Source: an uncultured Enterobacterales bacterium
Lineage (GTDB): Bacteria; Myxococcota_A; UBA796; CAJQPC01
Assembly: GCA_964567625.1 (NCBI GenBank)
Contig: CAZMNK010000003.1
Location: 10,781 to 74,780 of the forward strand
DNA length: 64,000 bases
Reading direction: 5' to 3'
The notes under the pieces were generated by a model. That model saw nothing but the letters and a program-made list of their open reading frames with translations, ran no database searches and was not told the origin of the DNA. Shown piece after piece: positions 8,738-17,450 of this stretch (position 1 is the stretch's first letter; each line of letters opens with the position of its first letter). Made by a program: the position numbers and the translations under genes.

Positions 8738-9306
8738 GCCCCCTGCTCCTGGTGTGGGCCCTGGGAGCCACCCAGGGGCATGACTGGCGAATGGTCGAGC
8801 AGACAGCCGACTGCAAGGTCTACGTGGATGACGGCCAGGACACCTACCACGGCAAGGCCTCCTGTCTCTGGACCGACGTGACGGCGGGCAAGGTGATCGG
8901 TGCACTGGAAGACCCCAACAACGCCACGCACTTCTTCTCGAACGTCAAGGTGTCCCGGGTCCTCTCGAGCAAGGGAAACCACCTGAAGGTCTTCCAGGTC
9001 CACGACTTCCCCGTCGGGAACGACCGGGAGACCTACAAGAACGTGACCAACGTGGACCTGGGAGATGGCCTGCGAATCGAGTGGACCCTGTTCGACGAGC
9101 CTCCCGATCCCACCGAGGGCCGGGTGACTCTGGAGATGGACACCGGCTACTGGCAGGTCCGCAAGGGCGCGTCGGGCACCGAGGTCGAGTTCTTCATGGC
9201 CTACGCCCCCGGGGGCTTCATCGGCCTGTTTCCCGCAAAGAAGGCGATGGCCGACGGCATGCTCCGGACCCTGACCGAGCTCCGTGCCGAGGCCCAGAGG
9301 GAATGA
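8734..9306 (+). CDS. Secreted START/SRPBCC-like domain protein, paralog 2
   Basis: GTG 8734 overlaps the upstream stop (GTGA). Signal-like N-terminus VSPLLLVWALGATQG. Same length and architecture as its neighbours (CLWTDV..., YAPGGFIGLFPAKKAM). Confidence 0.55.
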   Translation: MSPLLLVWALGATQGHDWRMVEQTADCKVYVDDGQDTYHGKASCLWTDVTAGKVIGALEDPNNATHFFSNVKVSRVLSSKGNHLKVFQVHDFPVGNDRETYKNVTNVDLGDGLRIEWTLFDEPPDPTEGRVTLEMDTGYWQVRKGASGTEVEFFMAYAPGGFIGLFPAKKAMADGMLRTLTELRAEAQRE

Positions 9307-9307
9307 C

Positions 9308-9895
9308 ATGCCTGCGCCGACTGCCGCACTGCTGATCGCCGCAGGACTGGCCACGCCTTCCGGATTCGAGTTGTTGAAAGAAGACGACCGCTGCCGGTAC
9401 CTGGTGGCCAGCGAGACCCCCGAGGGGTGGCCGACCCTGCGAGTGGAGTGCCTCTGGGAGACGGTCGAGGTGGCTCAACTGGAGGCCGTGCTGGCCGACT
9501 GGGGTGGCTATGCGGAGCACTTCTCGACCATTGCCCAGTCCCGAGTCGTCGGGCCCCTCGGTACGGGCACAGCCGTTCACCACGTCCACACCGCGCCCCT
9601 GATGGCGGATCGGGAGGCCGTCCTGTTGTTCTGGAAAGAAGACCGAGGCCAGGGTCGCTCCTTTCACTGGACCCTGGCGCACACACAGCCCCAGACCGCC
9701 ACAAGGCGAGTCCCCGTGGCCCATGACACCGGGCACTGGACGATCCTCCAGAGCCCCCGTGGAACCGGGTCGCTGGTGGTGAGCGAACTGACCTATGACC
9801 CCGGGGGAAGCGTGCCCGATGTCCTGGTCATCTGGTTTCAGAAGCTGGGAATCGCTTCCTTTACCGAAGAATTGCGGGCGGCGGCCAGCCCCTGA
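9308..9895 (+). CDS. Secreted START/SRPBCC-like domain protein, paralog 3
   Basis: ATG 9308 lies 1 nt after the upstream stop. Signal-like N-terminus MPAPTAALLIAAGLA. Shares VECLWETV and YDPGGSVPDVLVIWFQ with paralog 1. Confidence 0.55.
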   Translation: MPAPTAALLIAAGLATPSGFELLKEDDRCRYLVASETPEGWPTLRVECLWETVEVAQLEAVLADWGGYAEHFSTIAQSRVVGPLGTGTAVHHVHTAPLMADREAVLLFWKEDRGQGRSFHWTLAHTQPQTATRRVPVAHDTGHWTILQSPRGTGSLVVSELTYDPGGSVPDVLVIWFQKLGIASFTEELRAAASP

Positions 9896-9905
9896 GCAGC
9901 CTCCG

Positions 9906-10547
9906 TCAGTCGGGGCGAATCACCTTGATGGGTTTCTGAAGTCCCACCGCGATCTCGTTTGCCCGCTGCTGCAGGTTCTGCTCGGTGTCATCGTCAAACA
10001 GGTGTCGATCGCCTGACTTGGTCACCACCCAGATCGCCGAACAGGTCTCGTCCTCTCCCTTCACCTGGACCTGGGACTCCTGGTACTCGATCTGCTGTAC
10101 CTCCCGGAAGGACAGCCGCACGGTCTCCCTCCGTCCCTCCTCCTCCCGAGGACCCTTCTTGAAGTGCTTGTCGACGACCAGCACCTCGCGGGCCATGGAA
10201 AGCTGGGAGTACGCGGTGAAGCCCCCCGCACAGGGGACTCCTGCCTCGAGGGTCTGCTGAATCTTCACCGTGAAGGCGCCCGCTTTCGTAGACGAGCCAG
10301 CAGCGGTGGTGACCACCAGGTCGTGGGCGCCACCTGAGAGTCCCTGGGGAACGACTCCCTTCATCGCCACAACCCCCATGACCACCAGGTCCTCCACCGG
10401 TTGCCCGCCCAGCGTGGCGCTGGCGTCGGGAGCAAACTCAGCCCCCACAATTCGAATCGGTGTTCCCGATGCTCCCTCCGCGGGATCGACCAGGTCGATC
10501 ACGGGGGGCTTGCTGCAAGCCAATAGCAACAGGGTGGAAACGGTCAT
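9906..10547 (-). CDS. Lipoprotein with an IPT/TIG-like Ig domain and a C-terminal unknown domain
   Basis: MTVSTLLLLACSKPP has a lipobox, with GGGAGG upstream of ATG 10547. PVIDLVDPAEGASGTPIRIVGAEF is typical of an IPT/TIG first strand. The track ORF to 10826 is over-extended. Confidence 0.6.
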   Translation of the reverse strand: MTVSTLLLLACSKPPVIDLVDPAEGASGTPIRIVGAEFAPDASATLGGQPVEDLVVMGVVAMKGVVPQGLSGGAHDLVVTTAAGSSTKAGAFTVKIQQTLEAGVPCAGGFTAYSQLSMAREVLVVDKHFKKGPREEEGRRETVRLSFREVQQIEYQESQVQVKGEDETCSAIWVVTKSGDRHLFDDDTEQNLQQRANEIAVGLQKPIKVIRPD

Positions 10548-10605
10548 GGCGCCTCCCAGCGAGCGAGCATACCCGGCAGGACCCCCTGAATAGGGACGTG
10601 TAGAC

Positions 10606-12243
10606 ATGGCCCTGAAGCTGACCCCCATTGAAGGCGCCACACGGCCGCGCGGTCCAGTGGTTCTCTGCATCCTGGACGGCATCGGCCTGGGTCGTGGCGA
10701 CGAAGGCGATGCGGTGGCAACGGCGCAGACACCGGTCCTGGATCGGCTCTGGAGCCACTGTCCAAGCATGGCCCTCAAGGCCCACGGAGACGCGGTGGGG
10801 CTGCCCTCAGAAGAGGACATGGGCAACAGCGAGGTGGGTCACAACGCCCTGGGCGCCGGGCGAATCTTCCAGCAGGGAGCCAGCCTGGTCAACAAGGCAT
10901 TCGAGAGCGGTAGCGCCTTCGACGGCCCCCTCTGGAAGGAGTTGACCAGCCGCCCGACCCTGCACCTGCTGGGCCTGGTGAGCGATGGCAACGTGCACAG
11001 CCACGTGGACCACCTGAAGACACTGATTCTCCGGGCCGCCAGGGACGGCGTGGCCAGGCTCCGGGTGCACGTGCTCACCGACGGTCGTGACGTGGGGGAG
11101 CGCACTGCGCTGGAGTGGGTGGTGCCGCTGGAACAGCTGCTCACCGAGTGCAGCCAGGAGGGGCGGGACTATCGAATCGCCAGCGGGGGCGGTCGAATGC
11201 ACATCACGATGGACCGGTACGAAGCGGACTGGTCCATGGTGGGACGAGGCTACGCCTGTCACGTCCACGGCCAGGGCCAGCCCTTCCCCTCTGCCAGTTC
11301 CGCCATCGAGGCCCTCTACGCTGCGGATCCCGGAGTCAACGACCAGTACCTCCCCGCCTTCGTGATCGTGGAGAACGGCCAGCCCGTCGGCCCCATCACC
11401 CAGGGCGACGGGGTGCTGTTCTTCAACTACCGCGGAGACCGGGCGATGCAGATCAGCCGCATGTTCGAAGGCCGCGAGGATGTGCCGGTCTGTGGGCAGG
11501 GGAGCCAGCCCCCGGTGCTCTACGCCGGCATGATGCAGTACGACGGGGACCTGTTGATCCCCCGTCGCTACCTGGTCGAGCCACCAGCCATCGACCGAAC
11601 CGTGGGCCAATACCTGGCCGACGCTGGGCTGCGCACCCTGGCGATCAGCGAGACCCAGAAGTTCGGCCATGTGACCTACTTTTTCAACGGGAACCGCTCT
11701 GGCTTGCTCTCCCCCGAACTGGAGACCTACACCGAGGTCCCTTCGGACGTGGTTCCTTTTGAGACCCGTCCAGAAATGAAGGCCAGGGAAATCACGGATG
11801 GCGCCATCGCGGCGATCCGGGAGCGGAACGTGGACCATGTGCGCCTCAACCTGGCCAACGGGGACATGGTCGGCCACACGGGGGACTTCGATGCGACCGT
11901 CCTGGCCGTGGAGTTCCTGGACACCTGCCTCGGGGCCCTGGAGGAGGCGGTCCGAGAAGCCCAGGGCATCCTCCTGGTGACCGCGGACCACGGCAATGCC
12001 GACCAGATGTACATGATCGACCGGGCGACAGGCAGCTACGCGATCACCCCCCAGGGCACCCGCGTTCCCCGAACATCCCACAGCCTGAACCCAGTTCCCT
12101 TCATCCTGGTGGACCCGAACCGGCGGTGGGAACTCCTGGACCTGGCGAACCCCGGACTGGCCAATGTCGCCGCAACCGTCCTCAACCTGCTCGGGTACCA
12201 GGCCCCCCCAGACTACCTGCCCAGCCTGGTGAGGCCCTTATGA
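10606..12243 (+). CDS. gpmI: 2,3-bisphosphoglycerate-independent phosphoglycerate mutase
   Basis: VVLCILDGIGLG...MGNSEVGHNALGAGRI...ADHGNA are hallmark iPGM motifs. 545 aa. Confidence 0.9.
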   Translation: MALKLTPIEGATRPRGPVVLCILDGIGLGRGDEGDAVATAQTPVLDRLWSHCPSMALKAHGDAVGLPSEEDMGNSEVGHNALGAGRIFQQGASLVNKAFESGSAFDGPLWKELTSRPTLHLLGLVSDGNVHSHVDHLKTLILRAARDGVARLRVHVLTDGRDVGERTALEWVVPLEQLLTECSQEGRDYRIASGGGRMHITMDRYEADWSMVGRGYACHVHGQGQPFPSASSAIEALYAADPGVNDQYLPAFVIVENGQPVGPITQGDGVLFFNYRGDRAMQISRMFEGREDVPVCGQGSQPPVLYAGMMQYDGDLLIPRRYLVEPPAIDRTVGQYLADAGLRTLAISETQKFGHVTYFFNGNRSGLLSPELETYTEVPSDVVPFETRPEMKAREITDGAIAAIRERNVDHVRLNLANGDMVGHTGDFDATVLAVEFLDTCLGALEEAVREAQGILLVTADHGNADQMYMIDRATGSYAITPQGTRVPRTSHSLNPVPFILVDPNRRWELLDLANPGLANVAATVLNLLGYQAPPDYLPSLVRPL

Positions 12244-13247
12244 GCGTCGTCGATCTCCGTTCTGACACCGTCACCCGCCCCACGCCCGCCATGCTCGAGG
12301 CCATGCTCCAGGCCCCTGTCGGCGATGACGTGCTGGGGGACGACCCCTCTGTCATCGCCCTGGAGGCGGAGTCAGCACAGATCACCGGCAAGGCCGATGG
12401 GGTCTTCACGCCTTCCGGGACCATGGCAAACCAGATCGCCATTCGTTGCTGGACCCGGCCCGGCGACGAGGTGCTGGTCGAAGCAGGCGCCCACCCCTTC
12501 CACTATGAATCCGGGGGGCCCGCCGCGATCTCTGGCGTGACCCTGCGACCTGTCGAGGGCGAACGCGGCATCCTGGATCCCGAGACCACCTGGGCCGCGG
12601 TCAAGGGAGGGGACCCCTGGGTCGCCCCCACCACCCTGCTGTGCGTCGAGGACACCGCCAACGCCGGCGGGGGAAGTGTCTACCCCCTCCAGACGCTGGA
12701 TGACCTGGGCGAAGGCGCCCGTGCCCGCAACCTGCACACCCACCTGGACGGGGCCAGGCTCTTCAACGGCGTCGTCGCCAGCGGGGACACCGCTGCCCGT
12801 CGCTGCCGGCCCTTCGAGTCCGTCACATTCTGCCTGTCCAAGGGGCTCGGAGCCCCTGCCGGGTCGGTCCTCTGCGGGCCAGAGTCCTTCATCCAGGAAG
12901 CCAGGCGCATCCGGAAAATGCTCGGCGGCGCCATGCGCCAGGCCGGGTACCTGGCCGGCGCAGGACGACATGCCCTGGCCCACCACATCGAGCGGCTGGC
13001 CGAGGATCACCGGAGGGCCAGAGCGCTCTACGAGGGACTCCGCACCGCGGGCTGGGCGGCCGATTCACCGGAGACGAACATGGTCTACGTGTCGGGCACG
13101 GACATGCACACCACTGCGAAACAGTTGTCCGAGCGTCAGATCCTGGCCATTCCCGTCAGCGCCACACGGCTGCGACTGGTGACACACCTGGATGTGGACG
13201 ACGAAGGGGTGGACCGCACGATCGCCGCCTTTGAGGCCCTGCGCTGA
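12240..13247 (+). CDS. ltaE: Low-specificity L-threonine aldolase family protein (PLP-dependent)
   Basis: MSVVDLRSDTVTRPTPAMLEAM...GDDVLGDDPSV...FTPSGTMANQIAIR is the characteristic N-terminus. ATG 12240 overlaps the gpmI stop (ATGA). The track ORF from 12126 is over-extended. Confidence 0.8.
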   Translation: MSVVDLRSDTVTRPTPAMLEAMLQAPVGDDVLGDDPSVIALEAESAQITGKADGVFTPSGTMANQIAIRCWTRPGDEVLVEAGAHPFHYESGGPAAISGVTLRPVEGERGILDPETTWAAVKGGDPWVAPTTLLCVEDTANAGGGSVYPLQTLDDLGEGARARNLHTHLDGARLFNGVVASGDTAARRCRPFESVTFCLSKGLGAPAGSVLCGPESFIQEARRIRKMLGGAMRQAGYLAGAGRHALAHHIERLAEDHRRARALYEGLRTAGWAADSPETNMVYVSGTDMHTTAKQLSERQILAIPVSATRLRLVTHLDVDDEGVDRTIAAFEALR

Positions 13248-13250
13248 GGG

Positions 13251-14147
13251 TCACTCCAGGGCCCGATCGACCACATCTTCCAGACCGTGGGCATCGGGGT
13301 GTACCAGCACCCGTGACTGGCCGGGCAACACCTCTCGGAGCTGGCGGGCGATGTCCTGCACGAGGGCATGGGCATCTCCCAGTGGCGTTGCCGAGGGAAG
13401 CACCAGGTGCACTTCCACAAAGCGCAAGGGCCCCGAGCGACGAGTCCGCAGGCCATGAAAGACCAACTCCTCCTCGTCCGTGAGATCCCGGAGAATCTCC
13501 TCGACGCGGTTCTGCTCATCGGCCGGCAGGGCTTCATCCAGCAACTCGGAGAAGGCGTTTCTCAACACCGGCCTCGCATCGTGCAGGATCGCGGCGCTCA
13601 CCGGCAGGGCCAGCGCCGGGTCCAGCCATGCCCAGTCGGTCCACATGACCGCTCCCAGTCCGACCAGTGCACCGACCCCGGCAAGGACGTCCGCCCGGTA
13701 GTGGGCGGCATCCGCCTGTAGCAACAGCCCCCCCTCCCGACGCCGAGCCCGCTCCAGGCTCCACCAGAGGAGCCCCGAGACCAACACGGAGATGGCCATA
13801 CCCAGACTGGCGAGGCCCACGTCGGGAACTTCTCGGCCTTCGAGCAGTCCCGTCAAGCCCCCCACGGCGACACTCAGTCCCAGCCCCACCAGCAACATTC
13901 CCTGACCCGCCGAGAGGACCGCTTCCACCTTGCCGTGCCCATAGGGGTGGTCGTCGTCTGCCGGCGTACGGGCGAAGCGGTACCCCCACCAGTTGACGCC
14001 ACTGGCGCAGGCATCGGCGAAGCTGTCCGCCGCCGAGGCCAGCACGAGCATCGAGCCACTGGCCACACCGAAGCCATATTTGACCAGTGCCAGGACTGCC
14101 GAAAGCCAGACCGCCGATCGCAGTGCCCGCTCGCCCGACGTCTTCAC
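13251..14147 (-). CDS. Cation diffusion facilitator (CDF) family metal transporter
   Basis: LVKYGFGVASGSMLVLASAADSFADA...DDDHPYGHGKVE are CDF signature motifs, followed by 6 predicted TM helices and a C-terminal cytoplasmic domain. I place the start at GTG 14147, overlapping the upstream stop (GTGA). The longest ORF reaches 14207. Confidence 0.8.
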   Translation of the reverse strand: MKTSGERALRSAVWLSAVLALVKYGFGVASGSMLVLASAADSFADACASGVNWWGYRFARTPADDDHPYGHGKVEAVLSAGQGMLLVGLGLSVAVGGLTGLLEGREVPDVGLASLGMAISVLVSGLLWWSLERARRREGGLLLQADAAHYRADVLAGVGALVGLGAVMWTDWAWLDPALALPVSAAILHDARPVLRNAFSELLDEALPADEQNRVEEILRDLTDEEELVFHGLRTRRSGPLRFVEVHLVLPSATPLGDAHALVQDIARQLREVLPGQSRVLVHPDAHGLEDVVDRALE

Positions 14148-14953
14148 GAGGGGTCCGCCCTGACGAGTCGCTCGTAGAACGACGATTCGCGCAGGCTCCG
14201 GGTCCACTGGGCCAGACCTGTTCCAAAGGCGGGAAGATCAGGATCCCGCCAGGCCGCGAGCAAGGCCCCGCCCAAAACCAGGCGGGCCACCTGGTCCGCT
14301 GCACCTCGATCGGTGGCCAATCGCAAGTGGACCATGCGCCGGACCGTTTCGACGCCCAGCGCCTCTCCTTCGGTACCCAGGACCCATTTCGGCGGGATCT
14401 CCGGCGCTGGGAGACCCACTGCCCGGCAGGCGGTGGCCCAGGCGGCAGCCCATGCGGGCGGCAAGCCATCCACCGGAGGCTCATCCACCAACGCCCCCAG
14501 GAGTCCCCCCACCGAGGTCGCCTGTTCACAGAGCCCCAGCACCCGGATCTCGATGGCCCGAGCCTCCGCTCCCATTTCGACCCGAGAGGCCAGGACCCGC
14601 TCCGGGTCGACGGCAGGACCGGTTCTCCAGGACTGCCAGGTGTTCAGGCACCCCGGGTCCAGTCCCAACCGGAGGTCCTCCTCGGTTCGCACCACCACCA
14701 GGGGGTACTGCTGACAGGCCAGGGGCTTGGCCCCCAGGCCCGCATGCTCATGAATTCCACACAGGCGACTCTCCGTCAGGAAGACACATCGACCATCTGC
14801 CAGCCTCAGCGTCGTGCCTTCCACCGGGTCCGAAACGCCCAGTTCATCGGCCAGCGCCTCCAGGCGCTCTGCCTCCCCAGGCTGCAGAAGGACACGGTGC
14901 CCAGTACAACTGGCACCACATCGACTGCAGGCATGGCGGAGGACGGGGGTCAT
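14144..14953 (-). CDS. YkgJ/UPF0153-like cysteine-cluster (putative Zn/Fe-chelating) protein with an extra C-terminal domain
   Basis: N-terminal CSRCGASCTGHRV...DGRCVFLTESRLCGIHE...ACQQYP resembles the CxxCxxCC-type zinc/iron-chelating domain. Start is ATG 14953 or GTG 14965. Confidence 0.5.
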   Translation of the reverse strand: MTPVLRHACSRCGASCTGHRVLLQPGEAERLEALADELGVSDPVEGTTLRLADGRCVFLTESRLCGIHEHAGLGAKPLACQQYPLVVVRTEEDLRLGLDPGCLNTWQSWRTGPAVDPERVLASRVEMGAEARAIEIRVLGLCEQATSVGGLLGALVDEPPVDGLPPAWAAAWATACRAVGLPAPEIPPKWVLGTEGEALGVETVRRMVHLRLATDRGAADQVARLVLGGALLAAWRDPDLPAFGTGLAQWTRSLRESSFYERLVRADPS

Positions 14954-15035
14954 GGCGTGTCCCACAGTCCCTACCTGGGGTCAGGCCTGCATGCTACCTT
15001 GGCCGGCGTGGCCTGACCTCCTCGACCCGGATCGA

Positions 15036-15731
15036 ATGGCATTCACCTTGATCCTCGTGGGTCTCCACGAGGTCCTCTTCGTGGGCTGCTGGTTTCTGTT
15101 CGACGATCTCCTCGCTCGAAATGCCCTGGACCGCTGGAAGGTCGATGGGGGACAGGCCCCGCCCACCGATCTGCTGGAGAAGGCCACTCGCCAGGTGGCC
15201 GGCGGCCACGTGATCTTCGCTCTGACCTTTCCCTTCGTGATCTACCCGCTGTGGACCGCCATGGGGGGCAACATGTCAGCTCCCTGGCCCGGCGTGTGGC
15301 CTGCCCTCGGACACCTGGTGGCCTGCATCCTGATCCAGGACACGTTGTTCTACTGGTCCCACCGGACTCTGCACACCCGCTGGCTCTTCCGCCAGGTCCA
15401 CCGGGAACACCACCGCTTCCGCCACGTACGCGGCATCACCGCCGAGTTCAGCCATCCACTGGAGGACACCGCGAACGTGGTGAGCTTCTTCGCCCCGCCA
15501 ATCCTGCTCGCAACGCCCATGCCGGTACTGGCCATCTGGGTCGCAATCCGGGTCTTCGAGACCGTGCTCGCCCACAGCGGCTTCGCCTTTGAGGGCATCT
15601 CATCTCGACATGCCTTTCATCACCTGCATGCCACCAAGGGCTGCTACGGGTCCTTCTTCGGGGTGTGGGACCGGCTGATGGGCACGGACAGGCAATGGCG
15701 GGCCTGGCGGGCAGAACAGCCCCACGCCTGA
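15036..15731 (+). CDS. Fatty acid hydroxylase / sterol desaturase superfamily membrane enzyme
   Basis: Three histidine boxes (HRTLH, HREHHRFRH, HAFHHLH) with hydrophobic segments between them. The start is uncertain: ATG 15036 begins directly in a TM helix, and alternatives are at 14991 and 14952. Confidence 0.75.
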   Translation: MAFTLILVGLHEVLFVGCWFLFDDLLARNALDRWKVDGGQAPPTDLLEKATRQVAGGHVIFALTFPFVIYPLWTAMGGNMSAPWPGVWPALGHLVACILIQDTLFYWSHRTLHTRWLFRQVHREHHRFRHVRGITAEFSHPLEDTANVVSFFAPPILLATPMPVLAIWVAIRVFETVLAHSGFAFEGISSRHAFHHLHATKGCYGSFFGVWDRLMGTDRQWRAWRAEQPHA

Positions 15732-15750
15732 AGTCCCGTCAAAAGAGGAA

Positions 15751-15781
15751 GAGCCCCCACCCGAACCGGGAGTGGGGGCTC
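15751..15781. terminator. Hairpin between convergent genes, a likely intrinsic terminator (best on the minus strand)
   Basis: GAGCCCCCAC (15751..15760) pairs with GTGGGGGCTC (15772..15781) across an 11-nt loop. On the minus strand the stem is followed by TTCCTCTTTT. It sits 23 nt downstream of the stop of the 15804..17345 gene. Confidence 0.55.
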
Positions 15782-15803
15782 CACAGAAAGTAGTGTGCTC
15801 GAC

Positions 15804-17345
15804 TCAGTCGCAGTTGGCAAGTCCTGCGTAGGTGACGTTCACAGTGTCACCACCCTCGGGAACATTCGTGTCGAAGATGACTGCGTTGAGCGAGGAATCG
15901 AAGTGCCAGTCGCCCATGACCACACTTCCGTTGACCTTGACCACGATGGTGCTCTCCACCGCGGTGGCGTTCAGCTCATAGGCGGCCTGGTTGATCGACG
16001 CCTGGGCAAGCTTGCTCATGTAGCCAGTCCAGGAGGTCGAGCAGATCGAGAGGAATTCTCCCCCGGTGTAGTTCACCGCCTCGTAGTAGCCCATGCCTGC
16101 CATGGCGGAACCACAACCGTTGGGGTAGTCGCCGGCGATGGCGGAGATGCGCACCAACGAGGCACTGCCCTTGTAGTTGATGATGTTGTTGACGTAGGCA
16201 TCCCACGTGTTCGAGGACTGCTCCGGCTCATCGGAGACCATGATGAAGTGGAGCATGGCGTCTTTACGCCAGAAGTTGTTGTTGCAACCGGCGTTCATCT
16301 GGCGAGCGGCGGAATCGGCAATGGTCAACAGGGCCTCGGTGTACCTGCCACCACCCGAACTCTGGATGGTGTTCTTGAAGGTGTTCGCGTAGCCCCCGGT
16401 CGATGGGGTCAGGATGCCGCTGTGGTTGCACCCGTTGTCCGCGTTCACCACGATCACACGCCAGTCCGACGTGTAGCTGCTCAGTTCGTTGATGAAGTCG
16501 TCGAAGTTGTTGGCCAGCCGGGCCACGTCATCGTCCATGGAACAGGACTGGTCCACGGAGAAGACGATGTCGCTGGGCGGGTCCTTGTCCAGGGTCCACT
16601 CGTCTTCATAGGTCGCCGCGTACTTGCCGGAACCACTCTGCGTGGCCTCTCGAACCCCCAGGGGCTCGTTTGACGTGACCGTCAGCAGGCCGTCGAAGGC
16701 GCCGGACTCGGCCGGGTCGAAGTCGATGTCTGTGGTGTGGGACTCACCCGGCAGGAGGGTGAGGGGGAGAGGCGTTCCCTGGCTGAAGGCAAAGGCGTCC
16801 CCGGAGTACTCGATGTCGGTGATCAGGAGGGTGTCACTGCCCACGTTCACCAGGTCGATGGCCCCCACGTTCGGGCAACCCACATAGGTCGAACCCATGT
16901 CATAGGGGTCGGGATCGATGCGAAGCTCAGGCACGGCGCCTTCGCCCACCAACTCCACCTTGGCCTGGGGCACAATCGGGTCATTGCTGGCGATAATCGC
17001 GTTGGCAAGCTGCTCATTGGCACCCATCGGGGAGAATGCCACCTCGATTTCCTGGGAAGCACCCACAGGAAGAACACTCGTCCAGTCCACCGTCAGGATC
17101 GTAAAGCTGCCGTTCTGGGCACCGATCTCCAGGCTGTCGAGTTCGAGATCGCCATCGCCGATGTTGGAGATCACAAAGCTCTCGATGACGGTCTCGCCAT
17201 CACCAACGGCACCGAACTCCACCCGCTCGGGGTCGACCATGATCTCGGGCTCACCCGCTCCTCGATGGTCGCCCGTTCCGGACAGTGTGTAGTCATTACA
17301 GGCAGCGGTCATGGTGACCAGACAGACAATCCAAGCGCGCGACAT
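15804..17345 (-). CDS. Lipoprotein with two choice-of-anchor-D/ASH-like Ig domains and a von Willebrand factor A domain
   Basis: MSRAWIVCLVTMTAAC has a lipobox, with GGAGGG upstream of ATG 17345. Repeats read VEFGAVGDGETVIESFVISNIGDGDLEL and YDMGSTYVGCPNVGAIDLVNVGSDTLLI. A vWA MIDAS-like motif is DIVFSVDQSCSMDDD. Confidence 0.7.
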   Translation of the reverse strand: MSRAWIVCLVTMTAACNDYTLSGTGDHRGAGEPEIMVDPERVEFGAVGDGETVIESFVISNIGDGDLELDSLEIGAQNGSFTILTVDWTSVLPVGASQEIEVAFSPMGANEQLANAIIASNDPIVPQAKVELVGEGAVPELRIDPDPYDMGSTYVGCPNVGAIDLVNVGSDTLLITDIEYSGDAFAFSQGTPLPLTLLPGESHTTDIDFDPAESGAFDGLLTVTSNEPLGVREATQSGSGKYAATYEDEWTLDKDPPSDIVFSVDQSCSMDDDVARLANNFDDFINELSSYTSDWRVIVVNADNGCNHSGILTPSTGGYANTFKNTIQSSGGGRYTEALLTIADSAARQMNAGCNNNFWRKDAMLHFIMVSDEPEQSSNTWDAYVNNIINYKGSASLVRISAIAGDYPNGCGSAMAGMGYYEAVNYTGGEFLSICSTSWTGYMSKLAQASINQAAYELNATAVESTIVVKVNGSVVMGDWHFDSSLNAVIFDTNVPEGGDTVNVTYAGLANCD

Positions 17346-17450
17346 CAGAATCCCTCCGCACATTGACCTACTGGTCAAAGTTGCAAGGTCCATGCCAGAA
17401 ATTGGGCCCGTCACCGTGCCCTTTCATGACGACCCGCGAACTACTTGTCG

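Noticed and set aside
14951-14954. Head-to-head overlapping ATGs on a CATG palindrome, between the YkgJ-like gene and the hydroxylase gene
   Set aside because: Unlike the 27.5-kb case, the plus-strand gene most plausibly starts downstream (ATG 15036 or 14991), where the first TM helix begins. The residues encoded from 14952 (MACPTVPTWGQAC) look like non-coding read-through.
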